Part shown: one piece after another, positions 1-9,534 of the stretch
Layout of the letters: every line of letters starts with the position of its first letter
How positions within the stretch are numbered: position 1 is the stretch's first letter
Origin: a virus
Lineage: Duplodnaviria; Caudoviricetes
Reading direction: 5' to 3' (one strand)
Length of the DNA: 64,000 nt
Virus record (IMG/VR): IMGVR_UViG_3300013830_000007
Coordinates: 24,323 to 88,322 of that record
Position numbers and translations under genes: made by a program
The notes under the pieces: generated by a model
The model's database searches: none
The model's input: only the letters and a program-made list of their open reading frames with translations
Told to the model about the DNA's origin: nothing

Positions 1-103
1 CGATTTCTCTGCGGCTTATTCACTAGATTCCAGTGCCTCGGCGTAGCTGTTAGACTACCTTCGGCTTAGACCGGCTGGTACGGGCGGGTGGCTGCTGAGT
101 GGC

Positions 104-238
104 TTAGTCCTCAGCCTTAGCAGCCTTCTTGGCTGCTTTGGCCTTGGCCTTCGCTGCCTTCCTCGCAGCCTTAGCGAGGAGCTTGAGCTCCTTGCGGCTG
201 CAGGAAAGCTCAGCGTCCAGATGAAGCTTGCACTTCAT
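104..238 (-). CDS. Small Lys/Ala-rich peptide, 44 aa (MKCKLHLDAELSCSRKELKLLAKAARKAAKAKAKAAKKAAKAED), not in the ORF track
   Basis: Translated by hand from ATG at 238 to TAA at 104-106. GGAGG RBS lies 7 nt upstream, and a conserved promoter (317-355) lies upstream of that. Confidence 0.75.
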   Translation of the reverse strand: MKCKLHLDAELSCSRKELKLLAKAARKAAKAKAKAAKKAAKAED

Positions 239-316
239 GGACTGGCCTCCTTTATTGGACTAGTACCGTTTGTTGAACAACAAACAACATACAGCATCAA
301 CTAGTATAGCTTTATG

Positions 317-355
317 TCACTATAGTTATATATATTCGAGAATATTTAACCTACA
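317..355 (-). promoter_or_regulatory. Promoter copy 1, a 39-bp sequence identical to 36460-36498
   Basis: tcactatagttatatatattcgagaatatttaacctaca occurs at both loci. On the minus strand it reads TTAAAT-N11-TATATAAC, a variant of the window-wide promoter motif. Confidence 0.7.
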
Positions 356-362
356 CTGAATT

Positions 363-398
363 AAAAAAAAGAACAGCACCCCACAATCGGAGGTGCTG
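363..398 (-). terminator. Intrinsic terminator
   Basis: cagcacc/ggtgctg stem, followed on the minus strand by a T run, downstream of ORF 430-2178. Confidence 0.7.
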
Positions 399-429
399 CC
401 CTTAGTATGCATACTAAGAAATGTTACCG

Positions 430-2178
430 TTAAACTTTATTAGCCTCAAGTATTCCGTTATAATCCTTAGCTACCAGGAATAACGGATTATCAGATTTTG
501 TCTGCGTAATACTCGACATATAAACTGATCCGGTTAAGGCTTTATCTACCAAAGTCGTAAGTAACGTTTGATGTAACGAATCTGTATTAAGTAAGTTCGA
601 ATGATACTTCTCGCTCATCAGGAAAGAGAACTCAGGAATACTGTGAAGCAAGATCTTCTTACGAATCTTGTAGCTAAACACTTTCTTAAGTTCTTTATTC
701 ACTTGCGCTATCTGTTCAGCAGTTAACGTAGTTCCATAAACGAACCGATATGGTTTACTGTCTACAAAGATTGGCAATTCTCTATTGTCCAGCAATAATT
801 TCTTGTCGTCTTCTTCATTAGCATCCAGCGTTCGTTTATTATCCTTAATACCGAAGATCGCCAGCATCGATCCAGCTACAGCTGCTTTCAATGCCGCCTT
901 GAACTTAGACACATCTGTATAAACGTCATACCCCTTGTCCGCATGATCAAGATACATCTCAATATCGTTAAACGATGTTATTTCATCCTCACGACTGATA
1001 ACTGTCTTCGTTATGAAGTTGGTTACAATCTTCATGATGTTACAAAACATCTCGCAGATCTTAGGCTCAAATATATTCTGAAACTCCGCACCGCAAGCTT
1101 TAATCTCACGCATAACAGTTCTGGCTACTTTAACAAAATCAGATTTGTCCATACCAGCAACAACATCATTCACATGATTAAAAGCCTGAGTAAGCGCCTC
1201 ATTATCACCCTTAACAGTTTCAGCAGTATCTACGGTCGCCAGCACTACTGTCTTCTTGTCTACCTTAATGTTAGCTGCATCAAGATTTGCCTTAACTTCA
1301 GACACATCTTTGACTACATCCTTCATCTCGGTATCTACTGCAGTGTATCTGTCCAGTTCAGCTCCGCCATCAACAACTACCAGCTTCTCAGCCTTAGCCG
1401 TCATAAATGTCTTAGGAATGTTCTTCCCAACATACTCCTCAAACTCATAGTCAGGAATTCTTTCAATACGGTACGATACATCCGTTACCGTCTGAGTGAA
1501 TTCGGGCTGAGGTTTGGGTTCAGGCTTAGGCTCAGGTTCGGGTTCAGGAGCTTGCTGCGTTCTCTGCGGACGCCTAACCTCCTGAGCATTCTGATAATAC
1601 TGACGTTCCATATTACGATCAGGTCTGGAAGAATAGTCATCGACTCTCTGACGAGGACGATTTCTATTGTATATGTCACCTAAATCTACGCCATCATAAG
1701 CATACTGAGATCTAGGACGATTGCACATCCTATTCCCATAACCGCCAAACTGGTTCTGATTGGTATATGGATTCACCGGCATCTGACTGCCATCAATGTC
1801 GTTGAAATTCACGGCGCCATAAGCCGCTGAAATCTCATAACGTCTTCTGTCAACCATGCTCCATAACTCTTCCCGACCAGCCTGTCGAGCAGACAGATTC
1901 TGACAAATCCACTGCCACACAGGACCATTCTGACTCTGAGCGTCTCTGACTAGATCATTACGTAATCTGTTCGCAACGTTAGAGTTAAACTCGTTCTGCT
2001 GCACGCCTACTCTCAGATACCAATCAATGCAGGCAATATAATTGTCAAGATTGGCTCTCAGAATCTGCATCTGCTGATTCTGCATCTGCTGCTGTGCATA
2101 GGGATTCTGAAATGTCCCTCCTCCATAGCCATTTGCCATAGGCTGGCCATAGCCCATATTGTTTCCTGGAAAATTCAT
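430..2178 (-). CDS. Hypothetical protein with a Q/N/G/Y-rich N-terminus and a PEPEP linker
   Basis: 582-aa ORF with GGAG RBS, directly downstream of the RNAP beta-like gene; no recognisable catalytic motif. Confidence 0.8.
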   Translation of the reverse strand: MNFPGNNMGYGQPMANGYGGGTFQNPYAQQQMQNQQMQILRANLDNYIACIDWYLRVGVQQNEFNSNVANRLRNDLVRDAQSQNGPVWQWICQNLSARQAGREELWSMVDRRRYEISAAYGAVNFNDIDGSQMPVNPYTNQNQFGGYGNRMCNRPRSQYAYDGVDLGDIYNRNRPRQRVDDYSSRPDRNMERQYYQNAQEVRRPQRTQQAPEPEPEPKPEPKPQPEFTQTVTDVSYRIERIPDYEFEEYVGKNIPKTFMTAKAEKLVVVDGGAELDRYTAVDTEMKDVVKDVSEVKANLDAANIKVDKKTVVLATVDTAETVKGDNEALTQAFNHVNDVVAGMDKSDFVKVARTVMREIKACGAEFQNIFEPKICEMFCNIMKIVTNFITKTVISREDEITSFNDIEMYLDHADKGYDVYTDVSKFKAALKAAVAGSMLAIFGIKDNKRTLDANEEDDKKLLLDNRELPIFVDSKPYRFVYGTTLTAEQIAQVNKELKKVFSYKIRKKILLHSIPEFSFLMSEKYHSNLLNTDSLHQTLLTTLVDKALTGSVYMSSITQTKSDNPLFLVAKDYNGILEANKV

Positions 2179-2187
2179 AATAACTCC

Positions 2188-3861
2188 TTACTTATAATTG
2201 TCTACTGGCTGAATATCCGCATACCACGGCATTCTGCTTTTATCAAAATTACCGTTTTGATCTATCTGTGCATACGGATTAATATCGCCAGCAATTCCTG
2301 GATTAGATGACGGATAACTCCACATTCCCTCGATCGCAGAAAATGTTGAAGAAAACTTATGTTCAGCGGATTTGATCAGATTTCCGTTGGACTTCTTTTT
2401 ACCCTCACCTTTACCACTGCTACCATTTTCCCTTGACTGATCAGGACGTACTTTCTTTACCAGCATACTTAACAAGATGTTATCATTGTAAAATGCCGGT
2501 TTAGACTTTACGCCTTCAGTCATATGGAAACTATCCATGACAACAGTGGGATTGAGCCGTAACGCTTTCTTTACGGCAGAACTATCGGACTTTTTCTTAC
2601 TAACTCTGGTCAATGTGTATACTGCATTGAAGAGCTTTTCAACTGTCCCTGAATAGAGAAGATTGATACCTCCCAATTTCTTTTCAAACAAATCATTGGC
2701 TTTATAACCAGCAAGCCACCCATTAATGTTATAAAACACCAGCACGAACAAATGAAATATGTCCTCAACTGGTACGTGTAATTCTCTCTCCAACTCAACT
2801 TGCGACATTCTATCAAGATACATACGTAACGATTCAAGATGAGATTCCCCATGACTGCCCGCCAGGAGCATTTTCCCGGGATTAGTGATATCGTAAATAA
2901 TTGCCCCCAATAGCATCCTATAAGCGGCCTTACTCAACACTGTATTCTTTCCTGTTTTCGTTACTTCTAAACTTTCCGGATTATTCGGAAAATAAGCGTC
3001 TTTCGTGTACGGTTTCCATATATACAGAATCGACGCAACAATGCACTTGACATCGTCGTCTGACATTGCCTCCTTTCGTACTTTCAGATATATATCATTC
3101 TTAATTTCAAAATAAGTAAATTCTTCGCTGGGCATCTCCGGGATGTGGTCCACAAAGCCAAGAATCTTATCTGAAACATAAAGCATTTCCATCGCTCCGA
3201 GAAATCCATACTCGGCCAGCAAGTATAGAACTATAGTAGTCTTTTCAGATCTGCTACTTTTACTCTGAGAGCGATAATGTGCCTGAACAGTTATTATATC
3301 TGCATTGGGATACTGATTTCCATCGGTATCCTCAATCGTGTACTTAATATTACGCCAAAACCTAAGAGGAGATTGCATAACTTTGATAATTATACCTTTC
3401 CTCTCATTGGTTCTTACAATTACGGATTGAACGATCACATTTTCAATCGTATATTCTGTATCGTTAGTGACCAGCACTTCGTTATGAAGATACGGTATGA
3501 AAAGTGGAACGCTAAACTCCTCATTTTCGTGTCTGAAGTAGAATGCGACTAATACGGCTTCAGAGCGCTGCACATTGACAGTGTCGCGACTCAGCTGTCC
3601 ATTGGCCAACAGTTTAACCTGCTCGTCAGGCGACAGCACCCTGCAACCAAGATATTCAACATTCTGAAATGTACCAGACAGAACTTTAACAGCCTGCTTA
3701 TACACGTCATCCATGTAATCGATACCACTAGCTATCTGTTTTCGTCTAAATTCTTTCAACAATTTGTCGTTGAACTTAGGCAGTTCATCAGATACACTTC
3801 CAATTACTTCATCCCACATACGCAAAAATACCTCACCAGAACCAACTAGATATAGTATCAC
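2188..3861 (-). CDS. Non-virion RNA polymerase beta subunit, N-terminal part (phiKZ gp123-like); probable start at ATG 3819
   Basis: C-terminal SAIEGMWSYPSSNPGIAGDINPY resembles the gp123-type SIAEVGQ..PKNNP.GRG.LN.Y segment; size and overall layout fit. GAGGT RBS precedes ATG 3819. Confidence 0.75.
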   Translation of the reverse strand: MILYLVGSGEVFLRMWDEVIGSVSDELPKFNDKLLKEFRRKQIASGIDYMDDVYKQAVKVLSGTFQNVEYLGCRVLSPDEQVKLLANGQLSRDTVNVQRSEAVLVAFYFRHENEEFSVPLFIPYLHNEVLVTNDTEYTIENVIVQSVIVRTNERKGIIIKVMQSPLRFWRNIKYTIEDTDGNQYPNADIITVQAHYRSQSKSSRSEKTTIVLYLLAEYGFLGAMEMLYVSDKILGFVDHIPEMPSEEFTYFEIKNDIYLKVRKEAMSDDDVKCIVASILYIWKPYTKDAYFPNNPESLEVTKTGKNTVLSKAAYRMLLGAIIYDITNPGKMLLAGSHGESHLESLRMYLDRMSQVELERELHVPVEDIFHLFVLVFYNINGWLAGYKANDLFEKKLGGINLLYSGTVEKLFNAVYTLTRVSKKKSDSSAVKKALRLNPTVVMDSFHMTEGVKSKPAFYNDNILLSMLVKKVRPDQSRENGSSGKGEGKKKSNGNLIKSAEHKFSSTFSAIEGMWSYPSSNPGIAGDINPYAQIDQNGNFDKSRMPWYADIQPVDNYK

Positions 3862-5755
3862 ATGCGTTACTAATTACAGATTTGCATCCGCTATAGATTG
3901 ATGAAACGGTATCACAGACTGTGCGTGCACAGCCAGATACTACATCAGCTGCTTTACTAACGCATGTTTTGACACCATCATAAACAGATGTTACCACCTG
4001 TTTGCCCTTGTTATAGAGGATCTTTGTGACGGATGCAGCCGTACGTGCTGCACCCGCAACAACTTCCTTTCCTCTGTTAAACACTTTCTTCACTGCTTTC
4101 GTCGCCGCTTTAACTACTTTCTTTCCGCAGGAAATAGCAGTCTTAGCGGCACACTTAGCTCCTTTGCATAACCCAGTTACGCCTTTGACAGTAATAGTGA
4201 TACCTTTCTTTGCGCCAGTCATAAGAGTAGTACCTACTGTCTTAAGAGCTTTACGTGCTTTATGAAGAACGATTGTTATACCTTTCGCTACTGTTTTTGC
4301 TGTCTTAGTAACCAGTACCGTGACAGGTTTTGCTACGACAGTAGCTGCTGCAGCGGTCGCCAGTACCGCTGCTGCAGGCGGTGCTGAACAAGCTACACAC
4401 CCAGCTGTAGCAGTTGCGGCTGCATTGGTTTTAGCAAATGCATATATGCCTGCGCCAATAGCTATCACAGCAGGGATAATAACCGCTGCTGCTTTAACAG
4501 TATCTGCTACACTTGACTTCTCTGCGGATTCTTTGGACAATCTAGCTATATCAACTTTAGTTCTGGCTACTTCTTCGTCTGCAGCGGCCTTCGTCTTCTC
4601 TACTTCGGCTTTCAACGCCTCGAGATCCTTCGACTGCTTTGCTGCTTCTTCTGACATCCGTGCCAGTTCAACTTTAGATTCAGCTATTTCCGAATCGGCT
4701 TTAGTCTTTACCTCTGTTGCTCTAAGTTTCATCTCACTCATGTATTCTTCGTGAGTTCTCTTAGTAGCAGTGTTTCGCCCATTTAACTCGTCTTCAAAAT
4801 ACTTACATTTATTCTGTTCCTGCGTTACTCGTTGAGATAATAACTCATTATTCTCCTTCAATCTCCGATTTTCATGTGCTATTTCCTCAGTTTCACGTTT
4901 AACACGTTCCTTAACTTCAGTTTCCGTAAACTTCTGAGCCTCCAGAAGTTTCTTCTTTTGCAACTTTGCAACTAATGCATCTCTATCAATGGAAAAGTAC
5001 CAGACATTTCCATCTTTATCACTTACTTCAAGATCAGCTAATGTTTTCGCATTTAACTGACTTTCTTTGCCATCTATGGATGTAACTGTGTAGAGGTTTG
5101 TATCTTCCTTAGCATGGGACTCACCTATAGTTGTTCTAAGAACAACACCTTCAGGCTTAGCGACATCATGCGATACACCGCACAGAACAACTCCTCCGTT
5201 AACAATAGTGTAAATATTTTTAACGGTTTTGTCATATGTGTTGATACTGCAGAGAACTGACGTAATGCCACTTACCACTCGCTGGACATTACGTTCCAGG
5301 TCATCCTGCAGACTACCACAAGCATATGGATGGGCGTCTCTTAAACTTTGATCATTCCTAAATCCAATAGCTATTCCTAATTGCGGAATATATACTGGAC
5401 CTTTTTCCAATTCGGATTGTAATACGGTATACGAAGTCTGCTGACGATTGCTTAAATCATTCATCGGTTTCGTACATCCGCGAATATTCAAATCAGAAAC
5501 AGAACGAACAAGTTCGGTTATAGTTACGCCGTATTTCTCCGGTATGCCAGTAAATGTAGTGGATGCGATGTGCTGTACGGCGCCGCTTTGTCTCAGGACA
5601 AAGACCGATCTGCCACAGTCATTTCTAACCGTCCACTCCCCATATACATCGACATTATCCAGGTCGGCAACAAGTCCGTAATTTATAGTTCGATTACGGA
5701 TAATAACATTGTTAGACATAGATAATATTTTTCCTGTATAAGTCACATATAACAA
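3833..5755 (-). CDS. Coiled-coil protein with one transmembrane helix and a C-terminal amphipathic 11-mer repeat tail; probable start at ATG 5719
   Basis: Long EK-rich coiled coil, hydrophobic AAAVIIPAVIAIGAGIYAFA segment, then K/V/A/T/C repeats ending in SWFW. Confidence 0.75.
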   Translation of the reverse strand: MLYVTYTGKILSMSNNVIIRNRTINYGLVADLDNVDVYGEWTVRNDCGRSVFVLRQSGAVQHIASTTFTGIPEKYGVTITELVRSVSDLNIRGCTKPMNDLSNRQQTSYTVLQSELEKGPVYIPQLGIAIGFRNDQSLRDAHPYACGSLQDDLERNVQRVVSGITSVLCSINTYDKTVKNIYTIVNGGVVLCGVSHDVAKPEGVVLRTTIGESHAKEDTNLYTVTSIDGKESQLNAKTLADLEVSDKDGNVWYFSIDRDALVAKLQKKKLLEAQKFTETEVKERVKRETEEIAHENRRLKENNELLSQRVTQEQNKCKYFEDELNGRNTATKRTHEEYMSEMKLRATEVKTKADSEIAESKVELARMSEEAAKQSKDLEALKAEVEKTKAAADEEVARTKVDIARLSKESAEKSSVADTVKAAAVIIPAVIAIGAGIYAFAKTNAAATATAGCVACSAPPAAAVLATAAAATVVAKPVTVLVTKTAKTVAKGITIVLHKARKALKTVGTTLMTGAKKGITITVKGVTGLCKGAKCAAKTAISCGKKVVKAATKAVKKVFNRGKEVVAGAARTAASVTKILYNKGKQVVTSVYDGVKTCVSKAADVVSGCARTVCDTVSSIYSGCKSVISNACDTISSWFW

Positions 5756-5782
5756 GAACTACCGTTAGTTCTTGTCGGTATA

Positions 5783-5809
5783 ATAATATATATGTAAAAT
5801 TAATTTGAA
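5783..5809 (-). promoter_or_regulatory. Early-type phage promoter motif
   Basis: Minus strand TTCAAA-N11-TATATATTAT; the same spacing recurs at about seven sites. Confidence 0.65.
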
Positions 5810-5856
5810 AAAATAACCAAGTACTCTACCTTTTATCAAGGTAGAGTACTTAATAA

Positions 5857-7707
5857 TTACTTTCTTCCAAATGAATAAAAAGCTGCCTGAGATAATGCTC
5901 TGTTTTCGCTTCCCATATATGCATCTACAATAGACGTATTGGAAGAAGACATCAGTGCTATCTGTTTAGATGATAATGCAAATACTGGCGTATTCTCTTC
6001 TTTAACTAAATCTTCTACTGTCATATTGCACGCTTTCAAAGTTGCGTCGTAATCGTCATAATCTGTTTTAACTTTATCTTCATTCATATTAGCAGTTAAA
6101 ATGGAAAATGTTTTCTTAGGTTCAGTTACTGTAGAAGGTCCCACCGCATTCACTGCTGCTTTCATAGTAGAAGCATTACCCTCTTTAGCTATACCGGGTA
6201 ATTTCTTTCTGATAAGATTCATAGTTCTCTGATCAAGATATTTCTGAGCAGCACCGCAATTTGCTAATTGAGTTAACAAATCGCTCATACCTAAATCAGC
6301 GCATAACCCTAATAGAATATCATAAAAATCTTTATTAAACGCATAATCTATACCAGAATTATCTTTAATTCCTGAACATAGCGTTTTTGCTAAATCATAG
6401 AGTCTCTTAGAAGTAGCAGAATCAGCACTACCTGAGCCAGATATAAAAGAACCGTCAGCGTTTGTGTTAGATCCATACTTACCTCCTAATGAAGAAAACA
6501 TACTGAAGATATCATCAGCTGATGAAATACCTTCAAGTTTATTCATTATGTCGGAAATACGACCAAATTTAGATTTAGCTAATTTATTGGATAATTTGTC
6601 AAAATAATTATTCGATAAAGCATTAAGATTCTTACCTATGGAACCAGGAAACGCTGAGGCTATCGAGGATGCCATATCTCTGCCAGTATTTAATACCTGA
6701 TTAGGTAACTCCATGATAGGTTTGGCAAAAGACATCGTAGCTTGAAGTCCAGCTTTAGCTGTACTTACCACAGATGATACAACACCATTAGCAGAATTCA
6801 TCACACCGCTAACTGTATCCTTAATACTGTCAACAACGCCTTCAACTGCACCTTTAGCTGTTTGTACCGCGGTATCAACTGTTTCTGTTGCTTCCTTCAT
6901 GAAATTCTGAATAGAAGCACTTGCCTTTTCAGAATTCTCTTTAAGTTCATTGGAAAATTTTGTTATTGTATCGGCAAATCCAGATGTTCCTGCTTCTTTA
7001 GCTTCTTTAGCTAATTTACCATTTTTAGGAAGATCTTCTTTATCAGTTTCTTTAGGTTCCGATTTGGTAGATTTAGTAGTTTGCTGTACTGTTTGCGTTA
7101 CAAATGAAACCGGTTTAGCCTGAGCACTTTTATCATCGCCAGATAAAGTTTCTACTTTAGTATTCGCTTCTTTTGCGCCTTTATCTGCTTTAGGTGAATT
7201 AAGAACTGCCTGAGCTTTCTTTTCATCTTCATCTGACTTAAAGAGATTGCTTATTGAATCTGAAGCACTTGATAATGCAGAGCCTATACCTTTAATAGCA
7301 GTATCAGTTGTCGTAGTAACAAGTTCTACTCCTTTAGATACCCCTTCGGCTAAAGCATTAACTGTACTTGTTACTGTTGACACGGCTGTATTAGCCACAT
7401 TAACCGCTTCTGTAGCTACGTCGCTTACCGTATTAGCTATACCGCCTATAGTATCTTTAACATTATCTACGATATCATTCGCAATATTAGTAAAGGAATT
7501 TGAATCAGTTGACTGCTGTGCTTTTTGCTGTTCTGTCACATTTTCCTGCACTGCTGCTTTAGCTCTGGCTACTCGAGCTTCAGCTTGTTTTCGTGCAGCT
7601 GTATTATTACCAGCTTTTTTAAGTTCAGCTTCTGCCTTATAATACTCGTCATAAGAAGCTGACACCTTAGTTGATTGAGTATTTTTAGAAGTATTAATTA
7701 TTCCCAT
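5857..7707 (-). CDS. Putative virion structural protein with 11-mer amphipathic repeats
   Basis: 616 aa with periodic V/A/T/S repeats (ANDIVDNVKDT IGGIANTVSDV ...); cotranscribed with a virion RNAP subunit gene. Confidence 0.55.
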   Translation of the reverse strand: MGIINTSKNTQSTKVSASYDEYYKAEAELKKAGNNTAARKQAEARVARAKAAVQENVTEQQKAQQSTDSNSFTNIANDIVDNVKDTIGGIANTVSDVATEAVNVANTAVSTVTSTVNALAEGVSKGVELVTTTTDTAIKGIGSALSSASDSISNLFKSDEDEKKAQAVLNSPKADKGAKEANTKVETLSGDDKSAQAKPVSFVTQTVQQTTKSTKSEPKETDKEDLPKNGKLAKEAKEAGTSGFADTITKFSNELKENSEKASASIQNFMKEATETVDTAVQTAKGAVEGVVDSIKDTVSGVMNSANGVVSSVVSTAKAGLQATMSFAKPIMELPNQVLNTGRDMASSIASAFPGSIGKNLNALSNNYFDKLSNKLAKSKFGRISDIMNKLEGISSADDIFSMFSSLGGKYGSNTNADGSFISGSGSADSATSKRLYDLAKTLCSGIKDNSGIDYAFNKDFYDILLGLCADLGMSDLLTQLANCGAAQKYLDQRTMNLIRKKLPGIAKEGNASTMKAAVNAVGPSTVTEPKKTFSILTANMNEDKVKTDYDDYDATLKACNMTVEDLVKEENTPVFALSSKQIALMSSSNTSIVDAYMGSENRALSQAAFYSFGRK

Positions 7708-7709
7708 AG

Positions 7710-8378
7710 TTACACTCCCGATGCGTTAGCTTCAATATGCATACCTGAATAAAGTACATCAAGAGTTACAGCCGAACGAACAACTGAACCAGTATCCTGA
7801 GCAATAGTAGCAGAACCATGTTCCTCAAGTTCACGCTTGAACTCACCAAATGCTACTACATCGCCACCTCTAAACTTAGTCACTTCTCTAATGGTGGATT
7901 TTAATCCACGGGCAAAAAGTGTTTGAACTTCAATCTGTGAAATTTTAGATGCCTCATCTGGTTTGACTACCTGACCTGACAACATATCAATTCTCTTATC
8001 GCCTTCAGCAACTGAAAGTTTATGATCAACAAACTGAGAGAATCTTCTTACAGGAAGTTGTAAGATAAGAAATTTTCTTGGTGTATAATAATAAGTTCCT
8101 GTAGCTACGCTATATAAACGAAGTCTTTCAAAGAGAAGTACGTCATATTTGTGACATAATGAAATTAGTTTATTGATATCGTTGTGATGCATCATATTCG
8201 GCGCATAATAAACCAATACATCATCGCCGTCTCTGATACGTTTCATATAGTCATCAAAATCTTTATCTGATAACTTAGCAAACAATTGAGTATAATATTC
8301 AGTATTAGTACCGGTACTGTCGAGATCTTTGACTACTGATAAAATTCTTTCCTGAACTTTCTTTCTTTTAGGTGTCAT
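7710..8378 (-). CDS. Virion RNA polymerase beta subunit, C-terminal part (phiKZ gp149-like)
   Basis: LPVRRFSQFVDHKLSV, DMLSGQV, SKISQIEVQTL, KFRGGD and GMHI match the beta C-terminal motifs of phiKZ-type vRNAP. Confidence 0.85.
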   Translation of the reverse strand: MTPKRKKVQERILSVVKDLDSTGTNTEYYTQLFAKLSDKDFDDYMKRIRDGDDVLVYYAPNMMHHNDINKLISLCHKYDVLLFERLRLYSVATGTYYYTPRKFLILQLPVRRFSQFVDHKLSVAEGDKRIDMLSGQVVKPDEASKISQIEVQTLFARGLKSTIREVTKFRGGDVVAFGEFKRELEEHGSATIAQDTGSVVRSAVTLDVLYSGMHIEANASGV

Positions 8379-8412
8379 ATAACCTCCACTGATTCTACTA
8401 TATCATAAAAAC

Positions 8413-8445
8413 AAAAAAAAATAAAAAGCCGCATTGCTGCGGCTT
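8413..8445 (-). terminator. Intrinsic terminator
   Basis: aagccgca/tgcggctt stem plus a long T tract on the minus strand. Confidence 0.75.
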
Positions 8446-8470
8446 AACAATAATCAAATCAGAAACTAAA

Positions 8471-8881
8471 TCACTTCATACATTCGAGATAATTCGTAAT
8501 GAAGTAATCGTAATTCTTCTTAAGAAATTCACCGTGAGTCTTGGCCACTTCACGAAGTTCCTTAAAACCACTGGGATGATAATCCCAGTAATCGTCATGG
8601 AAGTATTCGACCACTCTATCCACTTCCTTAGATGGAGCAGTGAACACATCGTGTACCTTAGTGACCGGATTAGTCATAGAAATAACGCCGGTCTTACCAT
8701 CGTCGTGCCACTCAATCACCGTATCGTCAGCCTCAACACGATACCCGTCTTCATGACTATCTGATGCATCATCAGAGTCACGGAGATAAAGTGCTTCGAA
8801 TACCGTTGAAACAGAAAGCTCTTTAGGGAGCTTAAACTGCTCATAATACTTACTCATTATCATACTCCTCAGTTCCTTCAA
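8471..8881 (-). CDS. Hypothetical early protein
   Basis: ORF in a two-gene unit between the promoter at 9470 and the terminator at 8413. Confidence 0.7.
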   Translation of the reverse strand: MKELRSMIMSKYYEQFKLPKELSVSTVFEALYLRDSDDASDSHEDGYRVEADDTVIEWHDDGKTGVISMTNPVTKVHDVFTAPSKEVDRVVEYFHDDYWDYHPSGFKELREVAKTHGEFLKKNYDYFITNYLECMK

Positions 8882-9437
8882 GTTTCGTTAAAGTACCGTC
8901 TTTAGCAAATGTCCACAACAGTGCTGCCTCCTCATAAATTTCCCTATTGAAGTTTTCATTAAACTTAGCAACTCGATATGCAAATTTCATCGTACCCTGA
9001 TCAGGTTTCTTTGCATACGCAAGTGCGCCATTCAGTTTCTCATTACTATCAATTTTGCTAATTATAATGTTAGCAAGTACATCCGGTATACGCACCTTAA
9101 GTTCCTTCGTAAAGAATTTCTCTAATGAAGGAGAATGCGCAAGCTTCTTCGCCAACTTCTCAGCGCAATTATGCGCGTCATGATGCACTTTCTCAAGTAT
9201 TTGAATATAATTACCCCAATACCAATCACACTGCTCCGGATTATCTTTTGCAGGTTTGTTTGAGTTGTAAAGCCTCTTAGCTCTGTCAAAAGTCCAGTCT
9301 ACTTCCTGATTCAGCTGCTCATAATCGGCACCAGTTGCTGCCAAAACATCTCTAGCAGTTTTGATAGCATCTAGCACAACAACACCAGCTAAAGTTCTCG
9401 CATATTCTACACGAGATGTAGATTCCATGAAATGCAT
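8850..9437 (-). CDS. Hypothetical early protein
   Basis: 195-aa ORF with GGAGG RBS, directly downstream of a promoter motif. Confidence 0.75.
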   Translation of the reverse strand: MHFMESTSRVEYARTLAGVVVLDAIKTARDVLAATGADYEQLNQEVDWTFDRAKRLYNSNKPAKDNPEQCDWYWGNYIQILEKVHHDAHNCAEKLAKKLAHSPSLEKFFTKELKVRIPDVLANIIISKIDSNEKLNGALAYAKKPDQGTMKFAYRVAKFNENFNREIYEEAALLWTFAKDGTLTKLEGTEEYDNE

Positions 9438-9469
9438 ATATACGACCCTCCTATATAAAAGTCACTTAT

Positions 9470-9496
9470 ATAATATATAACCGAAAAGAACTTGAA
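9470..9496 (-). promoter_or_regulatory. Early-type phage promoter motif
   Basis: Minus strand TTCAAG-N11-TATATATTAT. Confidence 0.65.
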
Positions 9497-9534
9497 AATA
9501 GCTCATACCTTATAATAAAGGTATGAGCCTTTAA

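Noticed and set aside
1-100. GC-rich sequence downstream of the K/A peptide, possibly another RNA
   Set aside because: Cut by the window edge; no convincing tRNA or other family signature.
943-1683. 246-aa plus-strand ORF, and similar antisense/overlapping track ORFs (4026, 4320, 7247, 12740, 13353, 20441, 43839, 53062, 61741 and others)
   Set aside because: These are shadows of real genes on the opposite strand or frame, with no RBS, atypical composition and no motifs.
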